Source: Lama glama
Lineage: Eukaryota
Direction: 5' to 3'
NCBI GenBank assembly: GCA_028534125.1
Contig: CM052817.1
Span: 54,748,001-54,812,000, forward strand
DNA length: 64,000 nucleotides
Shown: positions 63,000-64,000 of the stretch, one piece after another
How the letters are laid out: every line of letters starts with the position of its first letter
How positions within the stretch are numbered: position 1 is the stretch's first letter
The notes under the pieces: model-generated
The model's input: only the letters and a program-made list of their open reading frames with translations
Database searches by the model: none
What the model was told of the DNA's origin: nothing
Translations under genes and position numbers: made by a program

Positions 63000-64000
63000 A
63001 TGCTATTACAGAAAATAAATAGAAAAGTATAAAGTAAATAAAAATCACTTCTAACGCTGCAATCAGCTGATATTCTGGTATATTTACTTCCAGGAAGTAA
63101 ATTTAGATAGATATTTATTAAATAATAACTCCCTTTAAATGACTGATTTCTTTATTAAAATATTAAATGCTTATTTTTATCATGTTCACCAATGTTTTGA
63201 GCATTTTTCTCTTTTTAGTATAAGAATATAAGGTTTTAATGCCCCCCCATCATTCTTAGATATAGCATAAAGTTCCCCTAGTATCGAAATTTAAATCATT
63301 TCTAATTTTCATCATTTTAAACAATACTACAATGTTCTTTCTTAAATCATTTATCTGCATCTCTATTTAATAATAAAAATTTCCAGAAGCTCATTTTTAA
63401 AATGTGAAGATTATTTTGTCTTAAATTCATTTCATATTTTATTACTGAAGATAAGAAAATTGTCTTTTGAAGTTTTTCTCAGTTTTACAGTGACATGCTT
63501 TCTTACTCGCTTTGTATTCTCTGCATAATTAACCTTTTGTCTCTCATGTTTACTGCCAATATTTCTCTCAATGTTTTGTCTTCAATCTGATATAAGAGGT
63601 TGTTGGCAAAAAAATCTACATTTGCGTAGTGAAAAACTTTACTTTTCTTTGTCATTTGTTGCAGTTGATTTTTGTTCAAAAAAGCCCATGCCCATCCTTA
63701 AATCATTTACATAATGTTTAAATAGACCCTTGACTAATCCTTTAGTATATATGATAATTGAGTTCCAAGTTTAGTTAAACAAACTGGAACTAAATTTGAA
63801 TTATGATGTAAGGCATAACTTGTGCTTTTTTATTTTTATTTTTCACAAAATCATTTGTTGCTTAACTTATATTTTCTTCACTGATTGTGATGATTTCTTT
63901 ATTGTATAATTACTTAGATCTAATAAAATTTTTTCTGCCATTGATTCTGGCTTTTTGAACCTATTTACAGATTTTTCTCTAGTATGCTGTATTAATATCT
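63000..64000 (-). mobile_element. Old L1 (L1ME-like) fragments running off the window end
   Basis: 'aaacaatactacaatgttc', 'tgccaatatttctctca', 'aagcccatgcccatcct'. Confidence 0.55.

Overview
AT-rich, CpG-depleted mammalian genomic DNA, very probably camelid (a tRNA-Ala-derived vic-1-type SINE at ~35970-36085 and artiodactyl-type L1 3' ends). It reads as intergenic or deep-intronic. I found no intact protein-coding gene, RNA gene or CRISPR array. The only ORFs with recognisable products are LINE-1 ORF2 remnants. Much of the window is interspersed repeats: L1, L2, MIR, MaLR/ERVL LTRs and hAT/Tigger MERs. The most informative feature is one the ORF track misses: a decayed, poly(A)-tailed 3' retrocopy of PPIG (SR-cyclophilin) at ~9096-9759 (-). 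It is fused to an L1 3' end and nested inside an older L1 ORF2 fragment that carries an inverted duplication. Other observations are two twin-primed (5'-inverted) L1s, a tail-less L1 fragment between direct repeats, small tandem duplications, and a few unique islands with enhancer, promoter or exon-like signals (20.6-21.9 kb, 44.4-44.7 kb, 45.8-47.0 kb, 55.2-55.4 kb). I could not support a genuinely new biological system. Repeat subfamily names and the PPIG comparison are from recalled consensus sequences, not searches, and boundaries of old repeats are approximate.
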